This document shows positions 1 through 8,795 of a DNA stretch of 64,000 bases, in pieces. The notes under the pieces are model-generated. The model was not told the origin of the DNA, did not search any database, and worked only from the letters and a program-made list of their open reading frames with translations. Each line of letters opens with the position of its first letter. Within the stretch, counting starts at the first letter, position 1. The DNA is from Bacteroidales bacterium (GTDB lineage Bacteria; Bacteroidota; Bacteroidia; Bacteroidales; VadinHA17). Location: positions 10,340-74,339 of the forward strand of contig DNOQ01000450.1 in assembly GCA_003501665.1 (NCBI GenBank), given 5' to 3'. The position numbers and the translations under genes are program-made.

Positions 1-1010
1 GCCCACATGTATTTCCAGTATCCATGTAACCAGAGATCTGTTTCTTCAGTCCATCTGAGTACTTTGCTGTTTCTAAAATTAGCCAGGGATACAAGTGTGT
101 CCCTGGTATTGGGCCATCTTGACATTAACTGGGGCTTCCCATCATAAAAGAATTCCGGTACAGGCAACGAATTAAAACGTGAGTTCAGAACCCTTGCTGC
201 ACGTTGGCTTGAGAAACCTCCAAAAATAAGAGTGTCAATGCTATCAATACCATTCCTTCTTAAATCAGCAACTATAAACTTTCCCCTGGCGCATTCAGGC
301 AATCGTTCAATTTTATCTCTGTTCGTTTCCTTCTTCCATTTTTTAATATTAACACCTCCGCTGATTATAACTTTCCTATCCGGCGAGGAAGACCTTATTA
401 TAACAGGATTTCGCCTTGTGCCTGAAAGACCCGAACCGATCTTTATCGGCCTTTTAATATTATAAGAACTGCAATCAATTATTATATCAACCGAACCTTC
501 AGGGAGGTCACCTTCCTTCAACAGAGTCTGTGCAGCTGCAAGAGCTTCCTCCATGGTTTTATAGGTATTATCTCCTGGTTTATCGCCATCTCTTTTTCCA
601 GATACATAAATACTTGCAATTGTTTTAACGTCATTATTTATGACAGTACGATCTGCAACTGAAATTCCCTTTACTCTATTTACCAGGTCATCAGCTTTTA
701 AAAGGTGGTGATCCGGAAGGAAAGGCAGCAACCTGAGTGTTGAAATGGTCTTCACACATTCAGTATATAAATCCAACTGATAATGTGATTCTGGCAGCTT
801 CAGATTAACAAGCGAAAGATATTCCACCGGAATTTCGTCACCTCCCAGTATTTGTTCATAAACCTCTTTTGCAAAGTTCACCTTGTTTATTTTCCATAGA
901 CTATCAGCTTCAGCAAGACGCTTTTCAAACAACCCGCTCTGGGCATGAACATCCTGAATGAGCAAGCTGAAAATGAGAATAGCCGGAAGAAGCAGTTTTT
1001 TTATGATCAT
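1..1010 (-). CDS. Secreted protein of unknown function; only the N-terminal ~336 aa are present because the gene runs off the left window edge
   Basis: Own reverse-strand translation: ATG at 1010-1008 gives MIIKKLLLPAILIFSLLIQDVHAQSGLFEKRLAEADSLWK... (Sec-type signal). The frame stays open down to base 3 (...RWTEETDLWLHGYWKYMW). It is absent from the supplied ORF track because no stop lies in the window. The segment ...DIIIDCSSYNIKRPIKIGSGLSGTRRNPVIIRSSSPDRKVIISGG... resembles the start of beta-helix/pectate-lyase-fold proteins, but this is resemblance only. Confidence 0.6.
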   Translation of the reverse strand, partial: MIIKKLLLPAILIFSLLIQDVHAQSGLFEKRLAEADSLWKINKVNFAKEVYEQILGGDEIPVEYLSLVNLKLPESHYQLDLYTECVKTISTLRLLPFLPDHHLLKADDLVNRVKGISVADRTVINNDVKTIASIYVSGKRDGDKPGDNTYKTMEEALAAAQTLLKEGDLPEGSVDIIIDCSSYNIKRPIKIGSGLSGTRRNPVIIRSSSPDRKVIISGGVNIKKWKKETNRDKIERLPECARGKFIVADLRRNGIDSIDTLIFGGFSSQRAARVLNSRFNSLPVPEFFYDGKPQLMSRWPNTRDTLVSLANFRNSKVLRWTEETDLWLHGYWKYMW

Positions 1011-1397
1011 TTAAAAGTATTTTCTGTGCATGAATGTATTCTGTTTTGTCTCATCCCTATGGTGATAGTCTTAAATTCTACTGCCTGAGCTTTTTACGAT
1101 GGAAGTTTTTCATGATTATCAGATAGTTTTCAGAGCTATAAATGTGATCCTGAAAAATATTTTAAAATGATAATGATATTCCCGTTTCAATTAACATTTC
1201 ATTTCTTACTGTTTTGCAGAGTTAAAAATATATTCATATTTTTAACTCTTTCTTTAAAACACTTAATATTATGTTTTGCCAGTGATGAGCTTATCAGGAA
1301 ATGAATTCTTATTATCGGGTTTGTCGATGCATAAAAAATGAAACCTTGGTCTCTTCCGGATGAAAGAAGATAAATTAAAAAGTATTAAAACAATTAT

Positions 1398-2375
1398 ATG
1401 AAGGAGAAAATTGACGGTCAAAAGGTTCTAGGGCTGTATGAGAAGATGTTTCTCATCCGAAAATATGAAGAAAAGATATATTTTCTTTTTCTCGAGGGTA
1501 TAATGCCGGGAACAATTCATCAATCCCAGGGTCAGGAAGCAACAGCGGTGGGTATGTTGTACGATTTAAGAAAAGAAGACTATATGACATCCACACACAG
1601 GCCTGCCGGTCATTGTCTGGCAAAAGGGGTCACAGTTGATTCGATGATGGCTGAAATGTTTGCAAAGAAAACGGGTTGTTGCAAGGGCAAGGGAGGAGCA
1701 ATGCATACCGGAGATATTTCTGTTGGGGCAATCCCGGCAATCGCGATTGTCGGCGGAGGGATTCCTGTTGCTGTAGGAGTCGGCCTCTCATGTAAAATGA
1801 GGAAAACCGATAATGTTGTGGTTTGTTTTTTTGGTGACGGGGCAACCAATGAGGGAGCTTTTCATGAATCATTAAATGCTGCTGCAATCTGGAATCTACC
1901 AGTTATTTTTGCCTGTGAGAATAATCTATATGGAGCATCCACACATATAAGACAGGTAACGAAAATCAAAGACCTTGCAGTCAGAGGTGATGCATATGGA
2001 ATACCATGGGAAATAGTCGATGGTAATGATGTCATTAAAGTAAATGAAGCAGCCATAAGAGCAATTGAAAGGGCAAGAAATGGATCAGGTACTACCTTCC
2101 TGGAACTCAAAACATACAGAAGATCGGGGCATTCAAGGAATGATGCATGCGGGTACAGGGATAAGAAAGAGGAAAAGGAATGGTTTGAAAAAGACCCGTT
2201 GACAATCTGTAAAAATTATATCCTTGAAAAGAAAATAACCACACTCCAAAAGCTTGAGGAATTGGAAAAGAAGGTTCTTGATGAAATCGATAATGCTGTT
2301 GAGTATGCAAAATCAAGCCCGTATCCTGAACCACAGGATGCATTAACTGATGTTTATTTTGAAGGAGGAAAATAA
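1398..2375 (+). CDS. Thiamine-diphosphate-dependent acetoin/2-oxoacid dehydrogenase E1 component, alpha subunit
   Basis: 325 aa. E1-alpha hallmarks are ...IHQSQGQEATAVG..., the TPP-binding motif GDGATNEGAFHESLNAAAIWNLPVIFACENNLYG, and ...YRRSGHSRND.... The stop lies 2 nt before the next ATG. Confidence 0.9.
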   Translation: MKEKIDGQKVLGLYEKMFLIRKYEEKIYFLFLEGIMPGTIHQSQGQEATAVGMLYDLRKEDYMTSTHRPAGHCLAKGVTVDSMMAEMFAKKTGCCKGKGGAMHTGDISVGAIPAIAIVGGGIPVAVGVGLSCKMRKTDNVVVCFFGDGATNEGAFHESLNAAAIWNLPVIFACENNLYGASTHIRQVTKIKDLAVRGDAYGIPWEIVDGNDVIKVNEAAIRAIERARNGSGTTFLELKTYRRSGHSRNDACGYRDKKEEKEWFEKDPLTICKNYILEKKITTLQKLEELEKKVLDEIDNAVEYAKSSPYPEPQDALTDVYFEGGK

Positions 2376-2377
2376 CC

Positions 2378-3397
2378 ATGGCTACGATGTCTATTGCAGA
2401 AGCTTTGAGAGAAGCGATAAAAGAGGAAATGAGACGGGACGAAAGAGTATTCTGTCTTGGAGAAGATATTGATGTTGAAGGAGGATTCGGAGGAGCATTC
2501 ACCGTGACATTGGGCCTTTCTAAGGAATTCGGGCATGAGAGAATCCTTGATACTCCGATTTCTGAGATAATGATTGCCGGTGCCGCTGTGGGAGCCGCCA
2601 TGACAGGTATGATCCCGATTGCTGACGTGCAATATGGTGATTTCCTGTTCTGCATGATGGATCAGATGGCAAATAATGCAGGGAAAATGACATATATGTC
2701 GGGAGGAACTGTCAAGGTACCGATGGTAATGAGAGCGCCTGTTGGTGCAACAACAAGAGGAGCCCAGCATGCACAGAGCCTTGAAGGATTCTTCACACAT
2801 ATACCGGGGCTTAAGGTCATATGCCCTTCTACTGCTTACGATGCCAAAGGGTTGCTGAAGACGGCAATCCGAGATGAGAATCCGGTGGTGGTATTTGAAC
2901 ATAAGCTTCTGTATGGAAGCAAAGGTAACCGTGCAGAAAAATCTGCGCTCAGTCCTGTTGGAGAGGTCCCTGAGGAAGAATATCTTATTCCTTTCGGAGT
3001 CGCAGCTATTAGAAGGGAAGGTACTGATATTACAATTGTTGCAAACCTGTTAATGATTTACAGGGCTATGGAAGCTGCCGCTATCCTTGAGAAAGAGGGA
3101 ATAAGTGTTGAAATAATTGATCCCCGCACATTGGTCCCATTTGATTATGAAACAGTTATAAATTCAATTAAAAAGACCTCCCGGCTCATGATAGTTGAAG
3201 AGGATACAAGACGAAACGGATGGGGAGCAGAAGTCGCGGCACAGATAGCCGAGGATGCTATTTATTATCTTGATGCACCGATAAAGAGGGTTGCAACCTA
3301 TGATGTTCCGATTCCCTTTGCTCCTGTTATGGAAAACTTTGTTGTCCCCTCGGCACAGAGAATAGCTGAAGAAGCAAGAAAATTAATGAACTCCTGA
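2378..3397 (+). CDS. Acetoin/2-oxoacid dehydrogenase E1 component, beta subunit
   Basis: 339 aa. It shows the transketolase-like pyrimidine-binding and C-terminal domain pattern typical of E1-beta (...VFCLGEDI..., ...GAQHAQSLEGFFTHIPGLKVICPSTAYDAKGLLKTAIRDENPVVVFEHK...). It is tightly coupled to the E1-alpha gene. Confidence 0.9.
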   Translation: MATMSIAEALREAIKEEMRRDERVFCLGEDIDVEGGFGGAFTVTLGLSKEFGHERILDTPISEIMIAGAAVGAAMTGMIPIADVQYGDFLFCMMDQMANNAGKMTYMSGGTVKVPMVMRAPVGATTRGAQHAQSLEGFFTHIPGLKVICPSTAYDAKGLLKTAIRDENPVVVFEHKLLYGSKGNRAEKSALSPVGEVPEEEYLIPFGVAAIRREGTDITIVANLLMIYRAMEAAAILEKEGISVEIIDPRTLVPFDYETVINSIKKTSRLMIVEEDTRRNGWGAEVAAQIAEDAIYYLDAPIKRVATYDVPIPFAPVMENFVVPSAQRIAEEARKLMNS

Positions 3398-3416
3398 AAA
3401 TATTAAATAGAAAATC

Positions 3417-4325
3417 ATGGCATTGGTTTCAATGAAAAGGCTTATGAATCATGCCATTGCAAACAAATATGCAGTGGGGTATTTTGAAGCCTGGAATATG
3501 GATTCCATTCTGGCAGTTGTTGATGCTGCTGAAAAAACTGATTCACCGGTTATCATAGGCTTCGGAGGTCAGTTCATAGGAAGTAAAAAGAGAACTGTTA
3601 AAGAGAATATTTATCATTATGGATCTCTTGGAAAATCAATTGCGGAAAACACAAAAGTTCCCGTAGCATTACTTTTAAATGAGGCTCATGAGATCCCAAT
3701 GTTAATCAATGGATTAAAAGCAGGGTTTAATGCGATAATGTATGAGGACCATAGTATCTCTCTCAAAGAATTCATAGAAATTAATAAATACCTTGTAAGA
3801 ACCGCTCACTATTGCGGTGCTGATGTTGAAGCAGAAATCGGAGAACTTCCAAATGCAGATATCTCCACTGATTCTATAAGCCAGGGAAAAATGACAGATC
3901 CGGAAGAAGCAGCATATTTTGTGGAAGAAACAGGCATTGATGCACTAGCTGTTGCAGTAGGCAATGTCCATCTTCTTGAAAATAAAAAGTCTGATCTTGA
4001 TTTTGATCTGATAAAGGCTCTCAGGAAGAAGGTTAAAGTGCCTCTTGTTCTTCATGGAGGAACAGGTATCTCACCTGAAAACCTGAAGGAGGCTATAAAC
4101 CTGGGAATGTGCAAAGTAAATGTTGGCACGGTAATGAAAAGAGCTTTCCTGAAATCAGTCCAGTTGTACCTTAAGGATCATGAAGTTGACAGAATGGATC
4201 CTCATGATATTATCGGGAAAGGTGGCGAACTTGATATGCTTTCCGGAGCAAGAGAGGCTATCGCCGAAGAAGTTGTCAGGTTCATGAAAATATTCGGTTG
4301 TGTTAATAAGGCTCATTTAATCTGA
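3417..4325 (+). CDS. Class II (metal-dependent) ketose-bisphosphate aldolase family protein (fructose/tagatose-bisphosphate aldolase-like)
   Basis: 302 aa. Family motifs are ...NKYAVGYFEAWNMDSILAVVDAAEKTDSPVIIGF..., ...VEAEIGELP..., ...ALAVAVGNVHLL... and ...PLVLHGGTGIS.... The gene sits between the E1-beta and E2 genes with gaps of 19 and 9 nt. Confidence 0.85.
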   Translation: MALVSMKRLMNHAIANKYAVGYFEAWNMDSILAVVDAAEKTDSPVIIGFGGQFIGSKKRTVKENIYHYGSLGKSIAENTKVPVALLLNEAHEIPMLINGLKAGFNAIMYEDHSISLKEFIEINKYLVRTAHYCGADVEAEIGELPNADISTDSISQGKMTDPEEAAYFVEETGIDALAVAVGNVHLLENKKSDLDFDLIKALRKKVKVPLVLHGGTGISPENLKEAINLGMCKVNVGTVMKRAFLKSVQLYLKDHEVDRMDPHDIIGKGGELDMLSGAREAIAEEVVRFMKIFGCVNKAHLI

Positions 4326-4334
4326 GGAAGTGAA

Positions 4335-5567
4335 ATGATAAAGAAAATAATAATGCCTTCAGGCGGGCAGACAACTGATGAGATGCTTATCCAGAAATGG
4401 AATTTCAAGCAGGGAGATCCCGTAAAGAGAGGAGATACTCTTTTTGAGATTGAAACAGATAAAGCATCATTACCAGTTGAAAGTTTCACTGATGGTATCC
4501 TTCTTGCGATTTTATACAATGAAGGCGAAATGGTAAAAACAGGTGAAATAGTGGCATACATCGGTGATCCGGGGGATAAGATACCGGAAGGACCTGAAAA
4601 ACCAATGCTCGGACCTGAAGAAAAGAAAATCGAAACCTCTGTAATACAAGATAAAGAAGTTGTACCTGTGATAATAACAGGGGTAGCACAACAGATCAAA
4701 GATCTGAAAATAACCGCATCCCCTCTTGCGAAAAATATGGCAAGAATTGAAAATGTCAGCCTTGAGGAAATTGCGAATTTCTATTCTAAAAATCTAATCA
4801 AGAAAGCCGATATTGATAACTTCATCAGAGAAAAACAGATTCCGGGCGACGGAGGTTTTTATCTTATCGATACAACTTCTATGAGGCGAACAATTGCCAG
4901 GAGGATGAAGGAAAGTGTTTTAACATCCCCTCATTATATTGTCTCTGTCGATGTCGATATGTATGAAATAATCAGACTGAGAAAAAAGCTCAATGAATAC
5001 CTGAAGGACAGTGAAATTAAAATTACATATAATGATATCCTTATGAAGATTGCAGCAAAGGCAATCGAGGCTTTCCCGATGATCAATTCCTCTTATCAGG
5101 ATGATACGATAAAAGTATACAGGGATATCAATTTTGGTCTTGCCGTAGGCCTGGATAAAGGACTTATAGTACCTGTGGTAAAACAGGTGAATAAAAAGTC
5201 TATCAGGGAAATAGCAGCTGCAAACAACAGGAATATTAACGCTGCAAAAACCGGCAGGCTGCAGGAATCAGACATTACAGGAGGTACAATTACTTTATCA
5301 AATCTCGGCATGTATGGAATCGATAAATTTACTGCTGTAATCAACCAGCCCGAAAGCTGCATACTGGCTGTCGGGGGAATAATTGAGAAACCTGTCGTGA
5401 AAAACCATCAGATAGTTATAAGAGATATGATGAATATAACAGGTTCATTTGATCATAGGATCATAGATGGTACCCTGGGTGCTTCATTTCTTAACGGGGT
5501 AAGGGAATTACTTGAGGATCCTTATCTGTTATTCTTCAATCCCGAAAGGTATCTTTCTGAGAAATAA
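4335..5567 (+). CDS. Dihydrolipoamide acyltransferase (E2 component) of a 2-oxoacid/acetoin dehydrogenase complex
   Basis: 410 aa. It has a single lipoyl domain with the lipoyl-lysine motif EIETDKASLPVES and a peripheral-subunit-binding domain (ITASPLAKNMARIENVSLEEI). The catalytic domain ends ...ITGSFDHRIIDGTLGASFL (DHRxxDG active site). Confidence 0.9.
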   Translation: MIKKIIMPSGGQTTDEMLIQKWNFKQGDPVKRGDTLFEIETDKASLPVESFTDGILLAILYNEGEMVKTGEIVAYIGDPGDKIPEGPEKPMLGPEEKKIETSVIQDKEVVPVIITGVAQQIKDLKITASPLAKNMARIENVSLEEIANFYSKNLIKKADIDNFIREKQIPGDGGFYLIDTTSMRRTIARRMKESVLTSPHYIVSVDVDMYEIIRLRKKLNEYLKDSEIKITYNDILMKIAAKAIEAFPMINSSYQDDTIKVYRDINFGLAVGLDKGLIVPVVKQVNKKSIREIAAANNRNINAAKTGRLQESDITGGTITLSNLGMYGIDKFTAVINQPESCILAVGGIIEKPVVKNHQIVIRDMMNITGSFDHRIIDGTLGASFLNGVRELLEDPYLLFFNPERYLSEK

Positions 5568-5682
5568 ATCCTAAATGGTTTTCATGAGAACAACATGCTG
5601 AACACTTAATTGAGCGAATGTTAATCTGTAAGAAATAATCAAATAATAATGCATTAATAATTATTTAAAGAGGAGGTATATT

Positions 5683-6228
5683 ATGCTTGATAAGAAACAA
5701 TTCGAGAAAGCCCGCACTGAAGCACTTGCATATTTCGATAAGGCCGGTATCGTCCTTACTGAGAAGGAAAAAAATTCTATCGAAATTGCAGATTTCGGAC
5801 TAAGTGACCTCTATAAAATCGGACTCGAGGTGCTTGTTTATGTTAATACAACAAAAGTCTGCGCAAAAGAACTTGTAATGTTCCCGGGACAGACATGTCC
5901 GGAACACAAACATCCGACAAAGAACGGTATTTCAGGAAAAGAGGAGACATTCAGGTGCAGATGGGGTAAAGTATACCTGTATGTTACCGGTGAAAAGAAC
6001 TGTGAACCTAAACTTGACGGTCTGGAAAATCATAAAGAATATCTCAAGGTATCACATGAAATAGTACTTAATTCGGGAGATCAATATACTCTGATGTCTG
6101 ACACTCTGCACTGGTTCAGGGCAGGCGATGAAGGGGCTGTTGTTTCGGAGTTCTCAACTACAAGTACTGATGACCAGGATATCTTTACAGATCCCAGAAT
6201 AAACAGGTTCACCAAAATAAGCGAATAA
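5683..6228 (+). CDS. Cupin-type D-lyxose/D-mannose ketol-isomerase family protein (short form)
   Basis: 181 aa. ...CAKELVMFPGQTCPEHKHPTKNGISGKEETFRCRWGKVYLYV... matches my memory of the short (Bacillus YdaE-type) D-lyxose isomerase cupin metal site. The assignment rests on motif recall only. Confidence 0.7.
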   Translation: MLDKKQFEKARTEALAYFDKAGIVLTEKEKNSIEIADFGLSDLYKIGLEVLVYVNTTKVCAKELVMFPGQTCPEHKHPTKNGISGKEETFRCRWGKVYLYVTGEKNCEPKLDGLENHKEYLKVSHEIVLNSGDQYTLMSDTLHWFRAGDEGAVVSEFSTTSTDDQDIFTDPRINRFTKISE

Positions 6229-6251
6229 TTAACAGATCCACTGAAAATCTT

Positions 6252-7190
6252 ATGTCTGATATCGTTTGTGTCGGAATACTGGTTGCCGATGTCCTCGGAA
6301 AACCGGTTGACCATTTACCAGAGAAAGGTAAATTAGGCCTGGTAGAGAAAATGTCACTTCAGATTGGCGGTTGTGCCGCAAATTTTGCTATTGACCTTGC
6401 CAAACTCGGACTGAAAACCACTATCATTGGAAAGATAGGTGACGATAATTTTGGCAGATTTTTACTCGAAACTCTAAACTCAGAGAAAGTTGATGTAACG
6501 GGGCTGAAACTTGATAAAAATGTTTCTACCTCTGCTTCAATGGTTATGATATCAGGAGACGGCGAAAGATCAATACTTCATTCTTTCGGTGCCAATGCCA
6601 AATTCAGTTTTGATGATGTAAACCTTGATTTAATAAAAGAATCAAAAATCTTACTGATTGCAGGAACATTCCTCATGCCTGATTTTGACGGTGAAGGCAC
6701 AGAGAAACTCCTTAAATATGCAAAAGAGAATGGAGTTATTTGCTGCATGGATACTGCATGGGATTCAAAGGGTCAATGGCTCAGGAAGATTGAATCATCA
6801 TTGCAATATCTCGACTGGTTTATGCCGAGTTATGATGAAGCATGTGAAATGAGTGGCAAAAAGATCCCTGAAGAGATTGCCCTTTTCTTCCGTTCAAAAG
6901 GTGTTAAAAATGTAATTATAAAACTGGGGCATGAGGGTTGTTTCGTTAAGCAAGACGATCAAAAAGAGTACCAGGTCCCTGCTTTTAACAAAGTTAAGAC
7001 AATTGATACTTCAGGTGCCGGTGATTCATTCTGTGCAGGTTTTATTGCCGGACTCTATTTGGGCTGGAATATACCTGAATGTGCCAGGTTTGCAAATGCT
7101 GTTGGTGCTCATTGCATAATGCAGATAGGGACAACCGCAGGCATTAAATCTATCGAAGAGACTCTCAGATTCATTAAAGAATATGAATAA
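6252..7190 (+). CDS. PfkB/ribokinase-family carbohydrate kinase, substrate unknown
   Basis: 312 aa. Motifs are ...IVCVGILVADVLGKPV..., ...GGCAANFAIDLAKLG... and the C-terminal PfkB signature ...DTSGAGDSFCAGFIAGL.... Confidence 0.85.
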   Translation: MSDIVCVGILVADVLGKPVDHLPEKGKLGLVEKMSLQIGGCAANFAIDLAKLGLKTTIIGKIGDDNFGRFLLETLNSEKVDVTGLKLDKNVSTSASMVMISGDGERSILHSFGANAKFSFDDVNLDLIKESKILLIAGTFLMPDFDGEGTEKLLKYAKENGVICCMDTAWDSKGQWLRKIESSLQYLDWFMPSYDEACEMSGKKIPEEIALFFRSKGVKNVIIKLGHEGCFVKQDDQKEYQVPAFNKVKTIDTSGAGDSFCAGFIAGLYLGWNIPECARFANAVGAHCIMQIGTTAGIKSIEETLRFIKEYE

Positions 7191-7312
7191 TAGATTAAAC
7201 GAAGTTCTTAGTTACTGATGGCTGGTTATAATACACTAATAAACAAGCAACAAGCAACTTGAGTTAATTACCTGGAATTATTAATTTTTTGCTAAACTTA
7301 AAATAGATACTT

Positions 7313-8575
7313 ATGAAAAAAACTTTCGGACTGACGATGTCCATTTTGATTGTTGGATTGGTCGCATTATTTGTAATGTGTGACAATTCTAAAAGACAGA
7401 GATCTAAAAGCACCACCACTGCAAAAATAACAGGGATAAGAAGGATGGAGGAGACAATCCTTCCGGTAACGGGGCAGGGTGATAACTGGTATATGACATG
7501 GGCCAGTGATGATAAACAGTATGCCGGATTATGCGATGGCACCGGGTTTAAGGATCTGCCTGATTATACCGGTATATATTATAACTCTAAGTTGCTTGCC
7601 ATTTCAGGAAATCCGCCGGATCATACTTTCGAATCTGTCCCGGGATATCCTGACCTGGAGTCGATCAGTCCCCGTCAGGTGCCTGGTTCCAGAGATTATA
7701 GCAGATACTACGGATTTGCTATTATTGCCGTAGATGGGGCAATCTACCAGTTACTGAGTACACCAAAAGTCCCATTCGGTCCTGAAGGCAATGCATTCAT
7801 TGGTGCCAAGTTAATCTACTCTCCCAATAATGGAGTAACATGGTATAACCAGGATGGGTCGACACCAGTTGTGTATGAAAAATGGGAAGACAGGAACAAG
7901 GAGAACATGGCTTTCTTCTTTGAACCCGATGAGTCTTTTGCACTTTCAAGCTTCCTCCAGATGGGTAAGAATTATGAAGACAATACTGATGGTTATGTAT
8001 ACCTGTATGCGACCAATGGAAATGTGGATGGCAAGATGAACCAGCTCGTCATGCTGCGGGTAAAGAAAGATAAAATCCGTGTGCGATCAGAGTATGAATA
8101 TTTTGTTTCTCTTAACAGTGATGGTACCGCAAACTGGAGCAAGGATATAAATAACCGCGGTGTTGTTTGCCAGTTCCCTGAAGGATGGGTCAATTATAAT
8201 ATTAGTCCCGGTCATTCAGGTCATCCATATGCATGGCAGCCAAGCGTAGCATACAATAATCCACTGGGAGTTTATATGATGGCTAACTGGGGCATTGGTG
8301 TGGGCAGCGATGGAGACTGGTTTGGAAAACCAAGCTACCTTGGTTTCTGGACAGCACCACAACCCTGGGGACCGTGGACACAGGTATATGAGGAAGAGGC
8401 CTGGACCACGGCGGGTGATGTGAATGCCCGTTGTTACCAGCCGTATATTGCTCCTAAATGGATCGCTGATGATGGCAAATCATTCTGGATGGTGTGGACC
8501 GACTTCAGGAAAGTGGGTGACACAAGACCATACTACGCCTTTAACTGCCAGAAGGTGGAGATCATTACAGAATAA
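7313..8575 (+). CDS. Lipoprotein of unknown function, probable beta-propeller (glycoside-hydrolase candidate)
   Basis: 420 aa. It has a lipoprotein-type signal, MKKTFGLTMSILIVGLVALFVMC. Repeated W/Y/G-rich strands (...GDNWYMTWASDDKQYAGLCDG..., ...GVTWYNQDGS..., ...GKSFWMVWTDF...) suggest a propeller. I cannot assign a family. Confidence 0.6.
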   Translation: MKKTFGLTMSILIVGLVALFVMCDNSKRQRSKSTTTAKITGIRRMEETILPVTGQGDNWYMTWASDDKQYAGLCDGTGFKDLPDYTGIYYNSKLLAISGNPPDHTFESVPGYPDLESISPRQVPGSRDYSRYYGFAIIAVDGAIYQLLSTPKVPFGPEGNAFIGAKLIYSPNNGVTWYNQDGSTPVVYEKWEDRNKENMAFFFEPDESFALSSFLQMGKNYEDNTDGYVYLYATNGNVDGKMNQLVMLRVKKDKIRVRSEYEYFVSLNSDGTANWSKDINNRGVVCQFPEGWVNYNISPGHSGHPYAWQPSVAYNNPLGVYMMANWGIGVGSDGDWFGKPSYLGFWTAPQPWGPWTQVYEEEAWTTAGDVNARCYQPYIAPKWIADDGKSFWMVWTDFRKVGDTRPYYAFNCQKVEIITE

Positions 8576-8598
8576 AATTCTTACAATTATTACCGGGG

Positions 8599-8648
8599 AA
8601 AGCTCATTTATGCCTGACAAAACTCTTTCAGGCATTTAAATGAGCTTT
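8599..8648 (+). terminator. Rho-independent terminator downstream of the 7313-8575 gene
   Basis: Left arm 8599-8617 (aaagctcatttatgcctga) pairs with right arm 8628-8648 (tcaggcatttaaatgagcttt). That gives 12 bp plus 7 bp with a 2-nt bulge and a 10-nt loop, followed by the T-rich run ttctttattt. Confidence 0.7.
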
Positions 8649-8795
8649 TTCTTTATTTACTTGAACTATTATATGATTTGTTTAAGCATGTCTCAAGTGA
8701 GACATTTTATAAATTATGAATATCCATGATGTAACAAATTAATATACCTTTAAATGAATAAAATATTTTAAAGAAATCATCCTTTAAAGCCATGT

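Noticed and set aside
232-465. 77-aa plus-strand ORF from the track
   Set aside because: It lies wholly inside the much longer minus-strand ORF 1-1010, which has a clear signal peptide and protein-like composition. It is a shadow ORF.
1610-2902. Several 79-182-aa minus-strand ORFs antisense to the E1-alpha/E1-beta genes
   Set aside because: They are antisense shadows of strongly supported dehydrogenase genes. Their translations are low-complexity (P/S/I-rich) with no motifs.
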